A stretch of DNA of 64,000 nt from Thermoanaerobaculia bacterium (lineage in GTDB: Bacteria > Acidobacteriota > Thermoanaerobaculia > Multivoradales > Multivoraceae), in NCBI GenBank assembly GCA_963664405.1, contig OY761158.1:6716314-6780313 (forward strand), given 5' to 3'. Positions within the stretch are counted from its first letter, which is position 1. Every line of letters starts with the position of its first letter. Shown piece after piece: positions 9,317 through 18,845 of the stretch. The notes under the pieces were generated by a model. That model was not told the origin of the DNA, did no database searches, and saw only the letters and a list, made by a program, of their open reading frames with translations. The position numbers and the translations under genes were made by a program.

Positions 9317-10501
9317 TTGATCAACATGAAGACCCTGGTATGCGATCGATTTCGTGACCACTTCAAGCGCCCTCCTGAGCTCGTTGTGCGCGCCCCTGGT
9401 CGCGTCAATCTGCTAGGCGGACACATCGACTACAACGACGGATGGGTGCTCCCAGCCGCGATCGACCGCTCTCTCTGGCTCGCGGCCGCGCCTCGTCGGG
9501 ACGCAAGGCTTCACGCCTACTCGGCGACGGTCGAGGAGGGAGGCGAAGCCGCCTTGGACCCTCCGCCGCCGCCGCCGAAGATCGCTCACCGTCCGCGAGA
9601 GCGGTGGATCGAGTATCCGACAGGAGTAGCGTGGGCCTTGAGTCAGGACGGGCACGCGCTTTGCGGCATGGACGCCATGGTTGTTAGCGAGATCCCGGTG
9701 GGGGCAGGGCTGAGCTCTTCCGCCGCTCTGGAGGTCGCCTTTCTTCTGGCCTGGCGCGAGCTCGCGGGCCTTCCTCTCGAAGGCGCGGAGATGGCTCGTC
9801 TCGGCGAGCGGGTGGAGAACGATTATCTCGACGTACATTCCGGCGTGATGGATCAGTTTGCCAGCCTCCACGGACGGCGCGAGCACGCGATCTTTCTCGA
9901 CTGCCGCAACCTGGATTGGGAGCTCTTGCCGCTGCCGCCGCGAGTAGCGGTGCTGGTAGCCGACACGGGCATTCGCCGGCAGCTCGTCGGAGGCCACGTC
10001 AATGACCGGCAAGCGGAGTGCACGGAGGCCCTGAGGCGACTGCGTGAGCTTGGATGCGAGATTCGTGCGCTTCGCGATCTTCAGTCGGAGCAGCTCGAAT
10101 GCCTGGCCGATAAGCTGCCAGACTCATTGGCGCGCAGAGCGCGCCACGTCGTAGAAGAATGCTCGAGAGTCTGTCGCGGAGCGCAGTCGATTCGCGAGGG
10201 AGGCGGCGGCGAGGTGCTTGGAGCGCTGATGCGAGCGTCCCATGCGAGCTCGCGAGATCTTTATCAGGTCAGTACCCCCGAGCTCGATCTCCTGGCCGAG
10301 GCCGCGAGTGAGCTCGAAGGTTGCTTCGGGGCTCGCCTGGCCGGCGCCGGGCTTGGAGGGTGTGTCTCGGTACTGGTGGAAGAATGGGCAGCAGGGCCGG
10401 TCTCCACCGGGCTGAAGAAGGCGTTCTCCGAGCGCTTCGGCAACGAGCCCGAGATCCACCGAGTTGGGATCGGAGACGGTGCCGAGGCCTGGAATATCTG
10501 A
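9317..10501 (+). CDS. GHMP-family sugar 1-kinase, galactokinase-like with altered specificity residues
   Basis: APGRVNLLGGHIDYNDG, IPVGAGLSSSAALEV, SGVMDQ, RARHVVEE, SHASSRDLYQVSTPELD, GARLAGAGLGG. Confidence 0.88.
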   Translation: MINMKTLVCDRFRDHFKRPPELVVRAPGRVNLLGGHIDYNDGWVLPAAIDRSLWLAAAPRRDARLHAYSATVEEGGEAALDPPPPPPKIAHRPRERWIEYPTGVAWALSQDGHALCGMDAMVVSEIPVGAGLSSSAALEVAFLLAWRELAGLPLEGAEMARLGERVENDYLDVHSGVMDQFASLHGRREHAIFLDCRNLDWELLPLPPRVAVLVADTGIRRQLVGGHVNDRQAECTEALRRLRELGCEIRALRDLQSEQLECLADKLPDSLARRARHVVEECSRVCRGAQSIREGGGGEVLGALMRASHASSRDLYQVSTPELDLLAEAASELEGCFGARLAGAGLGGCVSVLVEEWAAGPVSTGLKKAFSERFGNEPEIHRVGIGDGAEAWNI

Positions 10502-10528
10502 GCTGCCGACCACTCTGATGTCTGGAGC

Positions 10529-12274
10529 TCAGAGCGAAGAGTCGTTCTTTTCTGAGTGTCGCGCCTGGGATTCACTGTAGGGAAAGAAGTCGATGACTTC
10601 GCCCTCTTTGTTCCTTTCTTGCATCGAGCGCCAGAACGCGATGTCGAAGAGATCTTCATGGTGGCGAAGGAAGATCTCCCGCAGCTCCTGATCGAGGCCG
10701 AGAAAACGGCCGAGCTCTTCGGGAAAAACGTCATTGTCTCGAACCGAGTACCAAGGCTCGGCCTCCATTACCTGGTCCTCGCTCCGGGGCTCTGGAAAGA
10801 CTCGGAAATTGCACTCGGTGAGTGAGCAGAGCTCGTCGTAGTCGTAAAACACCACACGCCCGTGTCGGGTGCGCCCGAAGTTTTTGAGCAGCATGTCACC
10901 GGGGAAGATGCCGGCAGCCGCCAATTCCTTTACTGCGAAGCCCCAGTCGATGACCGCGTTCTCGCGCTCGGCTCCCTCGGCCCTGTCGAGGAAAAGGTCG
11001 AGAGGAGTTACTCGCCTGCCCACGTAGAGATGACGAATGACGACGGCGTCTCCGTCGATGAACACGCTCATCGAGACTTCTTCGAGAAGCTCCTCGAGGA
11101 GCTCTTCGCCAAAACGGGTGCGGGGGAACTTGAGGTGCTCGAACTCTTGGAAGTCGATCAGGCGGCCGACGCGATCGTGGACTAGGACCTGCCGGTAACG
11201 CTCCATGATGCGACGTCGCGTAGTCTGTTTCGATGCCGGGAAAGTGTCGCGGATGACCTTGAATACGAAGTCGTAAGAAGGCAGTGTGAAAACCGACATC
11301 ACCAGGCCGCGCTGTCCCGGTGCGACAATAAACCTCTCGTCCGAGCCGGCGGTGTGAGAGATCAGATCCTGATAGAACTCCGTCTTGCCGTGACGGATGT
11401 ATCCGAGCGATGTATAGAGCTCGGAGACGTGCTTGCGAGGCAGAATGGAATGGAGGAAACCGATCACTTGACGCGGGCTCGCCAGATCGGCGTGGAAGTA
11501 CCAGCGCGCAAAGCTGAAAATGATCGAGACATCGCTCTCGGCATAAACGACGGCGTCGAGAGTGAGTCCATCGTCGGTGTTGAGAATGGCCAGGACGAGA
11601 GGTAGCGACTCCGACTGGCGCCTGGCCCGACCGATGAGGTAGGCCGCCTTGTTGCGAATGAAGACCGGCCGCAGAAAGTCGAGTGCTTCGATACTCTCTT
11701 CGCCGAGCTTTTCTCGAATACCGGCCTGTACCGCTTCGCTGGCTCTGGCGGCGTCTGCTCCCAGGTCGCGGAAGGGTACCCGGAAGGCGGCGTCGTCGAG
11801 AACGCGTCGCATCACGACCGGCGTAACCTGGCGCACCGCGTACATTCGGGCGCTCGCCATCTCCCAGCCGTGGAAGGGGAGTGGAAAGTCCTGCGCCATG
11901 AAGTCGATCTGAGTATCGACTCCACTGTGTGAGAAGACCTTCCTCGTGCAGGAGTTGAAGAAGGTTTGGGCGAGCTCGAAATCATCCGATCCGAGGATCG
12001 CCAGGGCGTAGGCCTCTCGCAGCTCGGCCCAGAATTCATGCTCCGAGACCCGGTCGCCCAACTCACCGCGAAGAGCTTCGAGCGTCGCGTCGACGAAGCG
12101 AGTGTGTAGAGACATCCGGTGAACGGTGTCTCGCCGCGTACCAGGCCAGTCTCGGCCCTCGAAGCGCTCCTTGGCCCTTCGCGTGACGGCCCTGAAGCTC
12201 TCGTGGAACTCCTCGAAACCTCGTCGGATAATGTCCGCGGCGTGGTGGGCGGCCGCCTCGTCCGACATCGGCAA
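10529..12274 (-). CDS. aceK: Isocitrate dehydrogenase kinase/phosphatase
   Basis: ELAQTFFNS, FIRNKAAY, RHGKTEFY, APGQRGLVMSVFTLP, HDRVGR, IFPGDMLLKNFG..RVVFYDYDE. Confidence 0.96.
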   Translation of the reverse strand: MPMSDEAAAHHAADIIRRGFEEFHESFRAVTRRAKERFEGRDWPGTRRDTVHRMSLHTRFVDATLEALRGELGDRVSEHEFWAELREAYALAILGSDDFELAQTFFNSCTRKVFSHSGVDTQIDFMAQDFPLPFHGWEMASARMYAVRQVTPVVMRRVLDDAAFRVPFRDLGADAARASEAVQAGIREKLGEESIEALDFLRPVFIRNKAAYLIGRARRQSESLPLVLAILNTDDGLTLDAVVYAESDVSIIFSFARWYFHADLASPRQVIGFLHSILPRKHVSELYTSLGYIRHGKTEFYQDLISHTAGSDERFIVAPGQRGLVMSVFTLPSYDFVFKVIRDTFPASKQTTRRRIMERYRQVLVHDRVGRLIDFQEFEHLKFPRTRFGEELLEELLEEVSMSVFIDGDAVVIRHLYVGRRVTPLDLFLDRAEGAERENAVIDWGFAVKELAAAGIFPGDMLLKNFGRTRHGRVVFYDYDELCSLTECNFRVFPEPRSEDQVMEAEPWYSVRDNDVFPEELGRFLGLDQELREIFLRHHEDLFDIAFWRSMQERNKEGEVIDFFPYSESQARHSEKNDSSL

Positions 12275-12387
12275 TATCCTAGCGCACTGCCGGGCCCCCT
12301 GGCGCGCCGATGTGAGAAGATCCGCCGGCGGTGCGGCGCGCCTCTAGATTGCCACGAAAAGAAGCACCGAACAAGGAGACCCGACCG

Positions 12388-13191
12388 ATGAGGACGCTAG
12401 TGTGCCTTAAACAGATTCTCGATCCAGACCTGCCGGCTCGAGACTTCCAGATCGACGCTGAGAGCCGAGAGGCGAAGCAGGGCTCGGCGAATTTGGTCAC
12501 CAACATCTTTTGCGAGAACGCGCTGGAAACTGCATTACAGCTTCGCGATCGCGTGGGAGGTGAGATCACTGCCCTCTGCTACGGCGGCGAAAAGGCCGAA
12601 GACGTACTGCGCAAAGCGCTGGCCATGACGGCTGACAATGCCGCTCTGGTAAGCCGTGAAGGAGTGAGCAATCCTGACTCGCTAGCGGTGGCCAAGGTGC
12701 TGGCGGCGGCGATCCGCAAGCTAGGCGACTTCGACCTCATTCTTGTCGGCCGTGAATCGGGCGATTGGGGGGTCGGTCAGACCGGAGGGCTCCTCGCTGA
12801 GGAGCTCGGCATGCCGTGCCTGACTCTGGTAGACGAGATCGAGGCAGAGGGGGAGGGTCTGCGCCTGCGTCGTCAAAGTGATGTTGGTTTCGAGATCGCG
12901 GAGTGCAGCTCGCCGGTGGTTGCGACCATCACCAATCACGAGGCGAACGTTCCGCGCATACCCAAGACACGGGACGTGATGATGTCGTACCGCAAACCCT
13001 TGACCCAGTGGACACACGCTGACCTCGAGCTCGACAACGAGGTGGCCGGGGGGCGGTCCTACTACGAGGTAGTGGAGCTCTTCGTGCCGACCAAAGACAT
13101 CGAATGCGAGTTTGTCGAGGGCGACGACCTGAACGAGAGAGTCGCGAGCCTTGCTGGAAAGTTGTCCGCGGTTGCTGACGCGGTGAGTTGA
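12388..13191 (+). CDS. etfB: Electron transfer flavoprotein beta subunit (copy 1)
   Basis: VCLKQ, ALETALQLRD, LRKALAM, LVGRESGDWGVGQTG; RBS AAGGAG before ATG. Confidence 0.93.
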   Translation: MRTLVCLKQILDPDLPARDFQIDAESREAKQGSANLVTNIFCENALETALQLRDRVGGEITALCYGGEKAEDVLRKALAMTADNAALVSREGVSNPDSLAVAKVLAAAIRKLGDFDLILVGRESGDWGVGQTGGLLAEELGMPCLTLVDEIEAEGEGLRLRRQSDVGFEIAECSSPVVATITNHEANVPRIPKTRDVMMSYRKPLTQWTHADLELDNEVAGGRSYYEVVELFVPTKDIECEFVEGDDLNERVASLAGKLSAVADAVS

Positions 13192-13204
13192 GGAGAGCGG
13201 GAAA

Positions 13205-14167
13205 ATGAGTATAGCTATCGTTCTTTTTGGAGAGTACGGCTTCGACCGGGCGGTCGCGGGCGTGATCGGCTGTGGTCAGGCGCTGAAGGCGACTACTGGC
13301 GGGGAGATCGTCGCGGTGGTCATCGGGGCCCCGGCCGGGGAGATGACCAGCGAAGTCGCCGGGCGTGTCGACCGAGTGATCGTGGCATCGCAGCCGGAGC
13401 TGGGGGAGTATCAGCCCGAGACGGCCATCGATGCAATGAAGCAGATTCTCGCGCCGCTGGGGGCAAGCATCGTGCTTCTCGGCAACGATACCTACAGTCA
13501 AGAAGTGACGCCGCGGCTGGCCTCGCGTCTCGGCGGTAGCTCCCTGGCGGATGCCGTTGAGGTGAAATCTGTTAACGGCGCCGTTCATGCCATTCGCTCG
13601 GCCTACGGCGGTAAGGCGATGGCGACCTACGAGCTCAAGCGCAGTCCGGCGGTGGTGTGGGTGCGAGCGCGTGCCCTTGCACCGGCCGAGCCTACCGGCG
13701 CCGTCGCCACGATGGAGGAGACGTCGGTGAATCTCGGTGAGGCAGCACTTCGCATTGTCGAGCGCCGCGCCGAGGTGCAGGAGGGCGTGCGTCTCGAGGA
13801 TGCACAGATCATCGTTTCGGGTGGAAGGGGCCTCGGCGGCCCCGAGCCCTTCGAAATGCTGAAAGAGCTTGCGCAGGTACTCGGAGCCGAGCAGGGAGCC
13901 TCCAGAGCGGCTTGCGATGCCGGCTGGGTTCCGCCTTCGTGGCAGGTCGGCCAAACTGGCAAGAAGGTAGCGCCGGAGCTGTACCTCGCTATCGCGATCT
14001 CGGGAGCGAGTCAGCATCTTCTCGGCATGGGCGACTCCAAGGTGATCGCGGCCGTGAACACAGACGGAGATGCCCCAATCTTCAAGCACTGCAGCTTTGG
14101 TATTGTAGAGGACTACAAGAATGTCGTTCCGCTCCTTACCGAGAAGCTCGCAGAAATGAGGAAATGA
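13205..14167 (+). CDS. etfA: Electron transfer flavoprotein alpha subunit (copy 1)
   Basis: IIVSGGRGLG, GASRAACDAGW, QVGQTGK, LYLAIAISGASQH. Confidence 0.96.
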   Translation: MSIAIVLFGEYGFDRAVAGVIGCGQALKATTGGEIVAVVIGAPAGEMTSEVAGRVDRVIVASQPELGEYQPETAIDAMKQILAPLGASIVLLGNDTYSQEVTPRLASRLGGSSLADAVEVKSVNGAVHAIRSAYGGKAMATYELKRSPAVVWVRARALAPAEPTGAVATMEETSVNLGEAALRIVERRAEVQEGVRLEDAQIIVSGGRGLGGPEPFEMLKELAQVLGAEQGASRAACDAGWVPPSWQVGQTGKKVAPELYLAIAISGASQHLLGMGDSKVIAAVNTDGDAPIFKHCSFGIVEDYKNVVPLLTEKLAEMRK

Positions 14168-16218
14168 ACGCCGCCGAGGCCACTCGCGAAGTATTTTGGA
14201 ACATCTCCCACGTCTGGGTGATGTATGCGCTTCTGGTCCCGACGGGTCTCGTAGGCGGCTTCGGGCTTTACCGAAAGTTTCGTCTGTGGAGGCTCGGCGC
14301 GCCGACGCCTCGCTTCGATCAGATTGGCCGCCGAGTGCGCTTGGTAGTCGAGCAGGCGCTGATGCAACGGCGCACCGCGAAGGTGAGCTACGCCGGTGCG
14401 TTTCATCTGATGATCTTCAGCGGCTTCATCATCCTCACGATCGCGACCATCGTGGTGATGATTCATGCTGATTTCAAGCTCGAGATCATGCGCGGTGGGT
14501 TCTACCTGGTCTTTCAGTCGTTCATTGTCGATATTTTCGGCGGGCTGGTTCTCGTCGGCGTCGGCATGGCGGCCTGGCGACGGCTTCGCAGTCGGCCTGG
14601 GCACCTGGTCTATACCGACGAGGCGACCGGGATCCTGTTGACGATCTTCGTCATTGTACTCAGCGGTTTTCTGCTCGAGGGCTGGCGTATCGCCGCCACC
14701 GACGATCCTTGGGGGCACTGGTCACCCCTCGGCTACCTGGTGGCTGAGGGCTCAAAGGCGGTGATGAGTACTGGCTCGATCACCGTTGCTCACCTCGGCC
14801 TGTGGTGGTTCCACCTCGTGATCGTTCTCGCTTTTCTCGCCTGGGCTCCGTACACCAAGATGAGTCATGCTGTGACCGCCCCGCTCAATATCTTCACCGC
14901 CAATCTGGGCGGCTACGGCGGGAGCCTCAAGCGGATCGACTTCGAGACTGCTGAAAGCTTCGGGGTGAACTCTCTGACCGACTTCACCTGGAAGGATCTG
15001 CTGGATCTCGACGCTTGCACCGAGTGCGGTCGCTGCACCTCGGTCTGCCCTGCCAACGCCGTGGGGAAAGAGCTGTCGCCTCGGGATCTCATCCTCGATC
15101 TTCGCAGCCTCCTTCACAAGAGCGAGAAGGCGCTCTTGGCCTCGGCCTCTGGAGAGGCTAAGGAGGGGGAAGATGCCGGCGCTACGGCGGTCCCCATCAT
15201 CGACGAGTCGACAGCGGTGTCGTCGGAGGCTCTCTGGCAGTGCACGACCTGTGCTGCTTGCATGGAAGCCTGCCCGGTCTATATCGAGCAGATGCCCAAG
15301 ATCGTCGATGCTCGGCGCTACCTGGTGATGGAGAAGGCAGAGTTTCCCGAGAGTTTGCAAAATGTGATCCTTTCCCTCGAACAACGCGGTCATCCTTTTC
15401 CGGGCACTACCTTCTCGCGAATCGACTGGGCGGAGGGTCTCGACATCCCGGTAATGGCAGATCTGGAGGACACGGCGGAGGCCGAGGTGTTGCTCTGGGC
15501 GGGCTGCGGCGGCGCCCTGGTCGAGCGTAACCAGTCTACGATCCGCGCCACCGCCCAGCTGCTCCAGAAGGCGGGGGTGAAATTTGCCATTCTGGGTCGG
15601 GAAGAGAGCTGCACCGGCGATCCGGCGCGTCGCATCGGTAATGAGTTTCTTTTTGAAATGCTCGCCAAGGGGAACGTCGAGACCTTGGACGGCTACGGCG
15701 TGAAGAAGATCGTGACTTCCTGCCCGCACTGTTTCAACACCTTTGCCAATGAGTACCCCGACCTTGGCGGAAGCTACGAAGTCCATCACCACAGCGCTTT
15801 TCTGAAGCAGTTGGTCGACGAGGGCAAGCTCGTGCCAGAAGCGGAGGACGGGCGCACAGTCACCTTTCACGACCCCTGCTATCTCGGGCGTCACAATGGC
15901 ATCTTCGATGCCCCTCGAGAGCTAGTCCAGCTCTCCAGCCGATCTCCGGCTAGGGAGATGCCGAAGAGTCGGGAAGAGAGCTTTTGCTGTGGCGGCGGTG
16001 GCGGCATGTGTTACGTCGATGAGCGGCCGGATCAGCGGGTCAACCAGGAGAGGGCTCAGCAGGCCCTCGACACCGGCGCTGATGTGGTAGCGGTCGGTTG
16101 CCCGTTCTGCACCACCATGCTCGAGGACGGGATTGCGGCTCGCAAGGGGGATCGCGAGGTCCAAGTGCTAGACGTCGCTGAACTATTGCTCGGCGCGGTC
16201 GAAAACGGCGGCGCCTAG
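14164..16218 (+). CDS. Membrane-bound Fe-S oxidoreductase (FadF/HdrD-like, ETF:quinone oxidoreductase type)
   Basis: N-terminal TM helices with His; CTECGRCTSVCP and CTTCAACMEACP; CCG domains (ESCTGD, CPHC, HDPCYLGR, FCCGGGGG, GCPFC); ATG overlaps the etfA stop. Confidence 0.9.
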   Translation: MNAAEATREVFWNISHVWVMYALLVPTGLVGGFGLYRKFRLWRLGAPTPRFDQIGRRVRLVVEQALMQRRTAKVSYAGAFHLMIFSGFIILTIATIVVMIHADFKLEIMRGGFYLVFQSFIVDIFGGLVLVGVGMAAWRRLRSRPGHLVYTDEATGILLTIFVIVLSGFLLEGWRIAATDDPWGHWSPLGYLVAEGSKAVMSTGSITVAHLGLWWFHLVIVLAFLAWAPYTKMSHAVTAPLNIFTANLGGYGGSLKRIDFETAESFGVNSLTDFTWKDLLDLDACTECGRCTSVCPANAVGKELSPRDLILDLRSLLHKSEKALLASASGEAKEGEDAGATAVPIIDESTAVSSEALWQCTTCAACMEACPVYIEQMPKIVDARRYLVMEKAEFPESLQNVILSLEQRGHPFPGTTFSRIDWAEGLDIPVMADLEDTAEAEVLLWAGCGGALVERNQSTIRATAQLLQKAGVKFAILGREESCTGDPARRIGNEFLFEMLAKGNVETLDGYGVKKIVTSCPHCFNTFANEYPDLGGSYEVHHHSAFLKQLVDEGKLVPEAEDGRTVTFHDPCYLGRHNGIFDAPRELVQLSSRSPAREMPKSREESFCCGGGGGMCYVDERPDQRVNQERAQQALDTGADVVAVGCPFCTTMLEDGIAARKGDREVQVLDVAELLLGAVENGGA

Positions 16219-16260
16219 CGCGAGCGCGATCGGTTGGGTGTCGGGCGTTTGCGCGGCCGG

Positions 16261-16309
16261 TTGACAGCTGCATGCGGGACTACTAATCTATATATCCGGA
16301 TGGACGGAT
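16261..16309 (+). promoter_or_regulatory. Sigma70 promoter with palindromic operator (probable SahR site)
   Basis: TTGACA-17 bp-TAATCT, then ATCCG-GATGGA-CGGAT inverted repeat at 16294-16309 just before the ATG. Confidence 0.65.
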
Positions 16310-16312
16310 TCT

Positions 16313-17326
16313 ATGGATCGACCTGAAATTCTCGAGCAGGCAGCCACTCTCGCCGATGCGACGAGAAGCCGAATCCTGCTCTCGGTCGCGGCTCAGGAGC
16401 TGACGGTGTCAGAGCTCTGCCGTGTCGTTCAGTTGCCGCAGTCGACCGTCAGCCGGCACCTCAAGCAGCTTCGCGACCAGGGCTGGGTTGGATCTCGTCC
16501 GGAGGGGACCCGGCGCTTCTACTTCGGGCGTCTGCAGGACTTGCAGCCGGAGTCGAGGCGACTGTGGGGCCTGATCCGCGACGGCTTGGCCGAGACTGTT
16601 TCTGCCGCCTCCGATCGCGCCCGCCTCGAAGAAGTGCTGCGACAGAGGAGGACCCGTTCCGAGGCCTTCTTCGATCGTACGGCCGCCGATTGGGACCAGC
16701 TGCGACAGGAGCTCTTCGGAGAGCGTTGCGATCTTCTCGCTCTGCCCGCCTTCCTCGACCAAAGCGCGACGATCGGAGATCTGGGTTGTGGCACCGGCAT
16801 CTTGAGCGAGATCCTAGCTCCCTTTACCGGGCGCCTGATCGCGGTCGACACCTCTGCCGGAATGCTCGAGGCAGCTCGTTCACGACTCGCTGAGCACTCC
16901 AACGTTGAAGTACGCCCGGGAAGACTGGAAGCCTTACCTATCGACGACGGAGAGCTCGACGTAGCCGCTCTCTTTCTTGCCCTCCATCATGTTGCCGATC
17001 CCAGAAGGGTCCTCGTGGAGGCTGCTCGCGCGGTCAAGGATGGCGGCAAAGTCGTCGTAGTCGATATGCAGGTCCATGATCGTGAGGAGTATCAGCGCGA
17101 TATGGGGCACGTTTGGATGGGCTTCTCCAGGGAGGCGCTCAGCGGGCTCCTCAGCTCGACCGGTTTCGACGGCATCTCTTATCGCCCCCTGCCGATCGAT
17201 TTGGCGGCAAGAGGTCCCGGCCTCTTCGTTGCCTACGCGCAGCGCCGCCACGATGTGTCGCTCGCGTTCCCCTCGACCCCTGAGCAAGATCAGAAACTTC
17301 GCCATCAAGGAGACCGTTCGCCATGA
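16313..17326 (+). CDS. sahR: ArsR-family HTH fused to SAM-binding methyltransferase domain (SahR-type regulator)
   Basis: [27 protein letters not shown]; DLGCGTG; LALHHVADP; overlaps ahcY. Confidence 0.85.
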   Translation: MDRPEILEQAATLADATRSRILLSVAAQELTVSELCRVVQLPQSTVSRHLKQLRDQGWVGSRPEGTRRFYFGRLQDLQPESRRLWGLIRDGLAETVSAASDRARLEEVLRQRRTRSEAFFDRTAADWDQLRQELFGERCDLLALPAFLDQSATIGDLGCGTGILSEILAPFTGRLIAVDTSAGMLEAARSRLAEHSNVEVRPGRLEALPIDDGELDVAALFLALHHVADPRRVLVEAARAVKDGGKVVVVDMQVHDREEYQRDMGHVWMGFSREALSGLLSSTGFDGISYRPLPIDLAARGPGLFVAYAQRRHDVSLAFPSTPEQDQKLRHQGDRSP

Positions 17327-18801
17327 CGACTCAGACCCTTCCTGCCAGTGCCGAGGCCTTGCGTTTCAAAGTCGCAGACCTTTCCCTCGCCGACTTCGGC
17401 CGCAAAGAGATGTCTCTTGCCGAGCACGAGATGCCCGGACTGATGGCCCTGCGTGAGCGCTATGCCGGCCAACAACCGCTCGCCGGAGCCAGGATCACCG
17501 GAAGCCTTCACATGACGATTCAGACTGCAATCCTGATCGAGACCCTGGTTGATCTGGGAGCGAGTGTTCGCTGGGCGTCGTGCAATATCTTCTCGACTCA
17601 GGACCACGCCGCCGCCGCAATCGCCGTTGGTCCGCCGGCGTTGGGTGGTTCTGCCGCCGACCCGCGTGGCATTCCGGTCTTCGCCTGGAAGGGCGAGACC
17701 CTTGAAGAGTACTGGTGGTGTACCGAGCAGGCGCTTGCCTGGCCTGGAGAGGATGGACCGACGCTCATCGTCGACGATGGAGGCGACGCTACCTTGCTGA
17801 TTCACAAGGGCACCGAATACGAGAAGGCAGGGGTGGTCCCGGCCTCTGACCCGGCGACGGACTCTGAGGAGTGGAGTGTTGTTCTCGAGCTCCTGCGACA
17901 GAGGCTGCCCCAGGACTCCAGCTACTGGACCCGCATGAGCGAGGTCATTCGCGGGGTCAGCGAGGAGACTACGACCGGAGTTCACCGCCTTTATCAGATG
18001 ATGGAAGAAGGAAGCCTCCTCTTCCCCGCGATCAACGTCAATGACTCGGTCACCAAGAGCAAGTTCGACAACGTTTATGGCTGCCGGCACTCGCTGGTCG
18101 ACGGTATCTTTCGTGCGAGCGACGTGATGCTCGGTGGCAAGGTCGCCGTGGTCTGCGGATACGGTGAGGTGGGGAAGGGTTGCGCTCAGTCGCTCCGCGG
18201 GCAAGGCTGCCGGGTCATCGTGGCCGAGATCGATCCGATCTGCGCGCTACAGGCAGCGATGGAAGGCTTCGAGGTCAAAACGGTCGAGGACGTGCTCGAT
18301 CTCGCGGATCTCTACGTAACCGCCACCGGCAATCGGGACATCATCACCGCCGAGCACATGGCGGGAATGAAAGACAAGGCGATCGTCGGCAATATCGGAC
18401 ATTTCGACAACGAGATCGATATGGCGGGGCTGGCGTCCATCGAAGGCATCGAGCGGGTAAACATCAAGCCGCAGTACGATCAGTGGATCTTCCCCGATGG
18501 GCACAGCGTGCTGGTTCTCGCCGAGGGCCGGCTTCTCAATCTCGGTTGCGCCACCGGGCATCCCAGCTTTGTGATGTCGACTTCTTTCACCAACCAGGTG
18601 CTGGCACAGCTCGAGCTGCATCGAGACGACGCTTCCTATGACAAAGCGGTCTACAACCTTCCCAAACACCTCGACGAAGAGGTCGCTCGGCTTCATCTCG
18701 ATCACTTGGGAGTGACCCTGACGCGTCTGTCTGAAGACCAGGCCCAATATCTCGGCATCGACGTCGACGGCCCCTACAAGCGAGACTCGTATCGTTATTG
18801 A
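17323..18801 (+). CDS. ahcY: S-adenosylhomocysteine hydrolase
   Basis: [54 protein letters not shown]. Confidence 0.98.
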   Translation: MTTQTLPASAEALRFKVADLSLADFGRKEMSLAEHEMPGLMALRERYAGQQPLAGARITGSLHMTIQTAILIETLVDLGASVRWASCNIFSTQDHAAAAIAVGPPALGGSAADPRGIPVFAWKGETLEEYWWCTEQALAWPGEDGPTLIVDDGGDATLLIHKGTEYEKAGVVPASDPATDSEEWSVVLELLRQRLPQDSSYWTRMSEVIRGVSEETTTGVHRLYQMMEEGSLLFPAINVNDSVTKSKFDNVYGCRHSLVDGIFRASDVMLGGKVAVVCGYGEVGKGCAQSLRGQGCRVIVAEIDPICALQAAMEGFEVKTVEDVLDLADLYVTATGNRDIITAEHMAGMKDKAIVGNIGHFDNEIDMAGLASIEGIERVNIKPQYDQWIFPDGHSVLVLAEGRLLNLGCATGHPSFVMSTSFTNQVLAQLELHRDDASYDKAVYNLPKHLDEEVARLHLDHLGVTLTRLSEDQAQYLGIDVDGPYKRDSYRY

Positions 18802-18845
18802 GGGACGCCAAGACTTTTGTCTCTTGCTATACAATCACCAAGAGG

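Noticed and set aside
13912-14163. N-terminal extension of the Fe-S oxidoreductase
   Set aside because: Overlaps etfA out of frame; ATG 14164 overlapping the etfA stop is the better start
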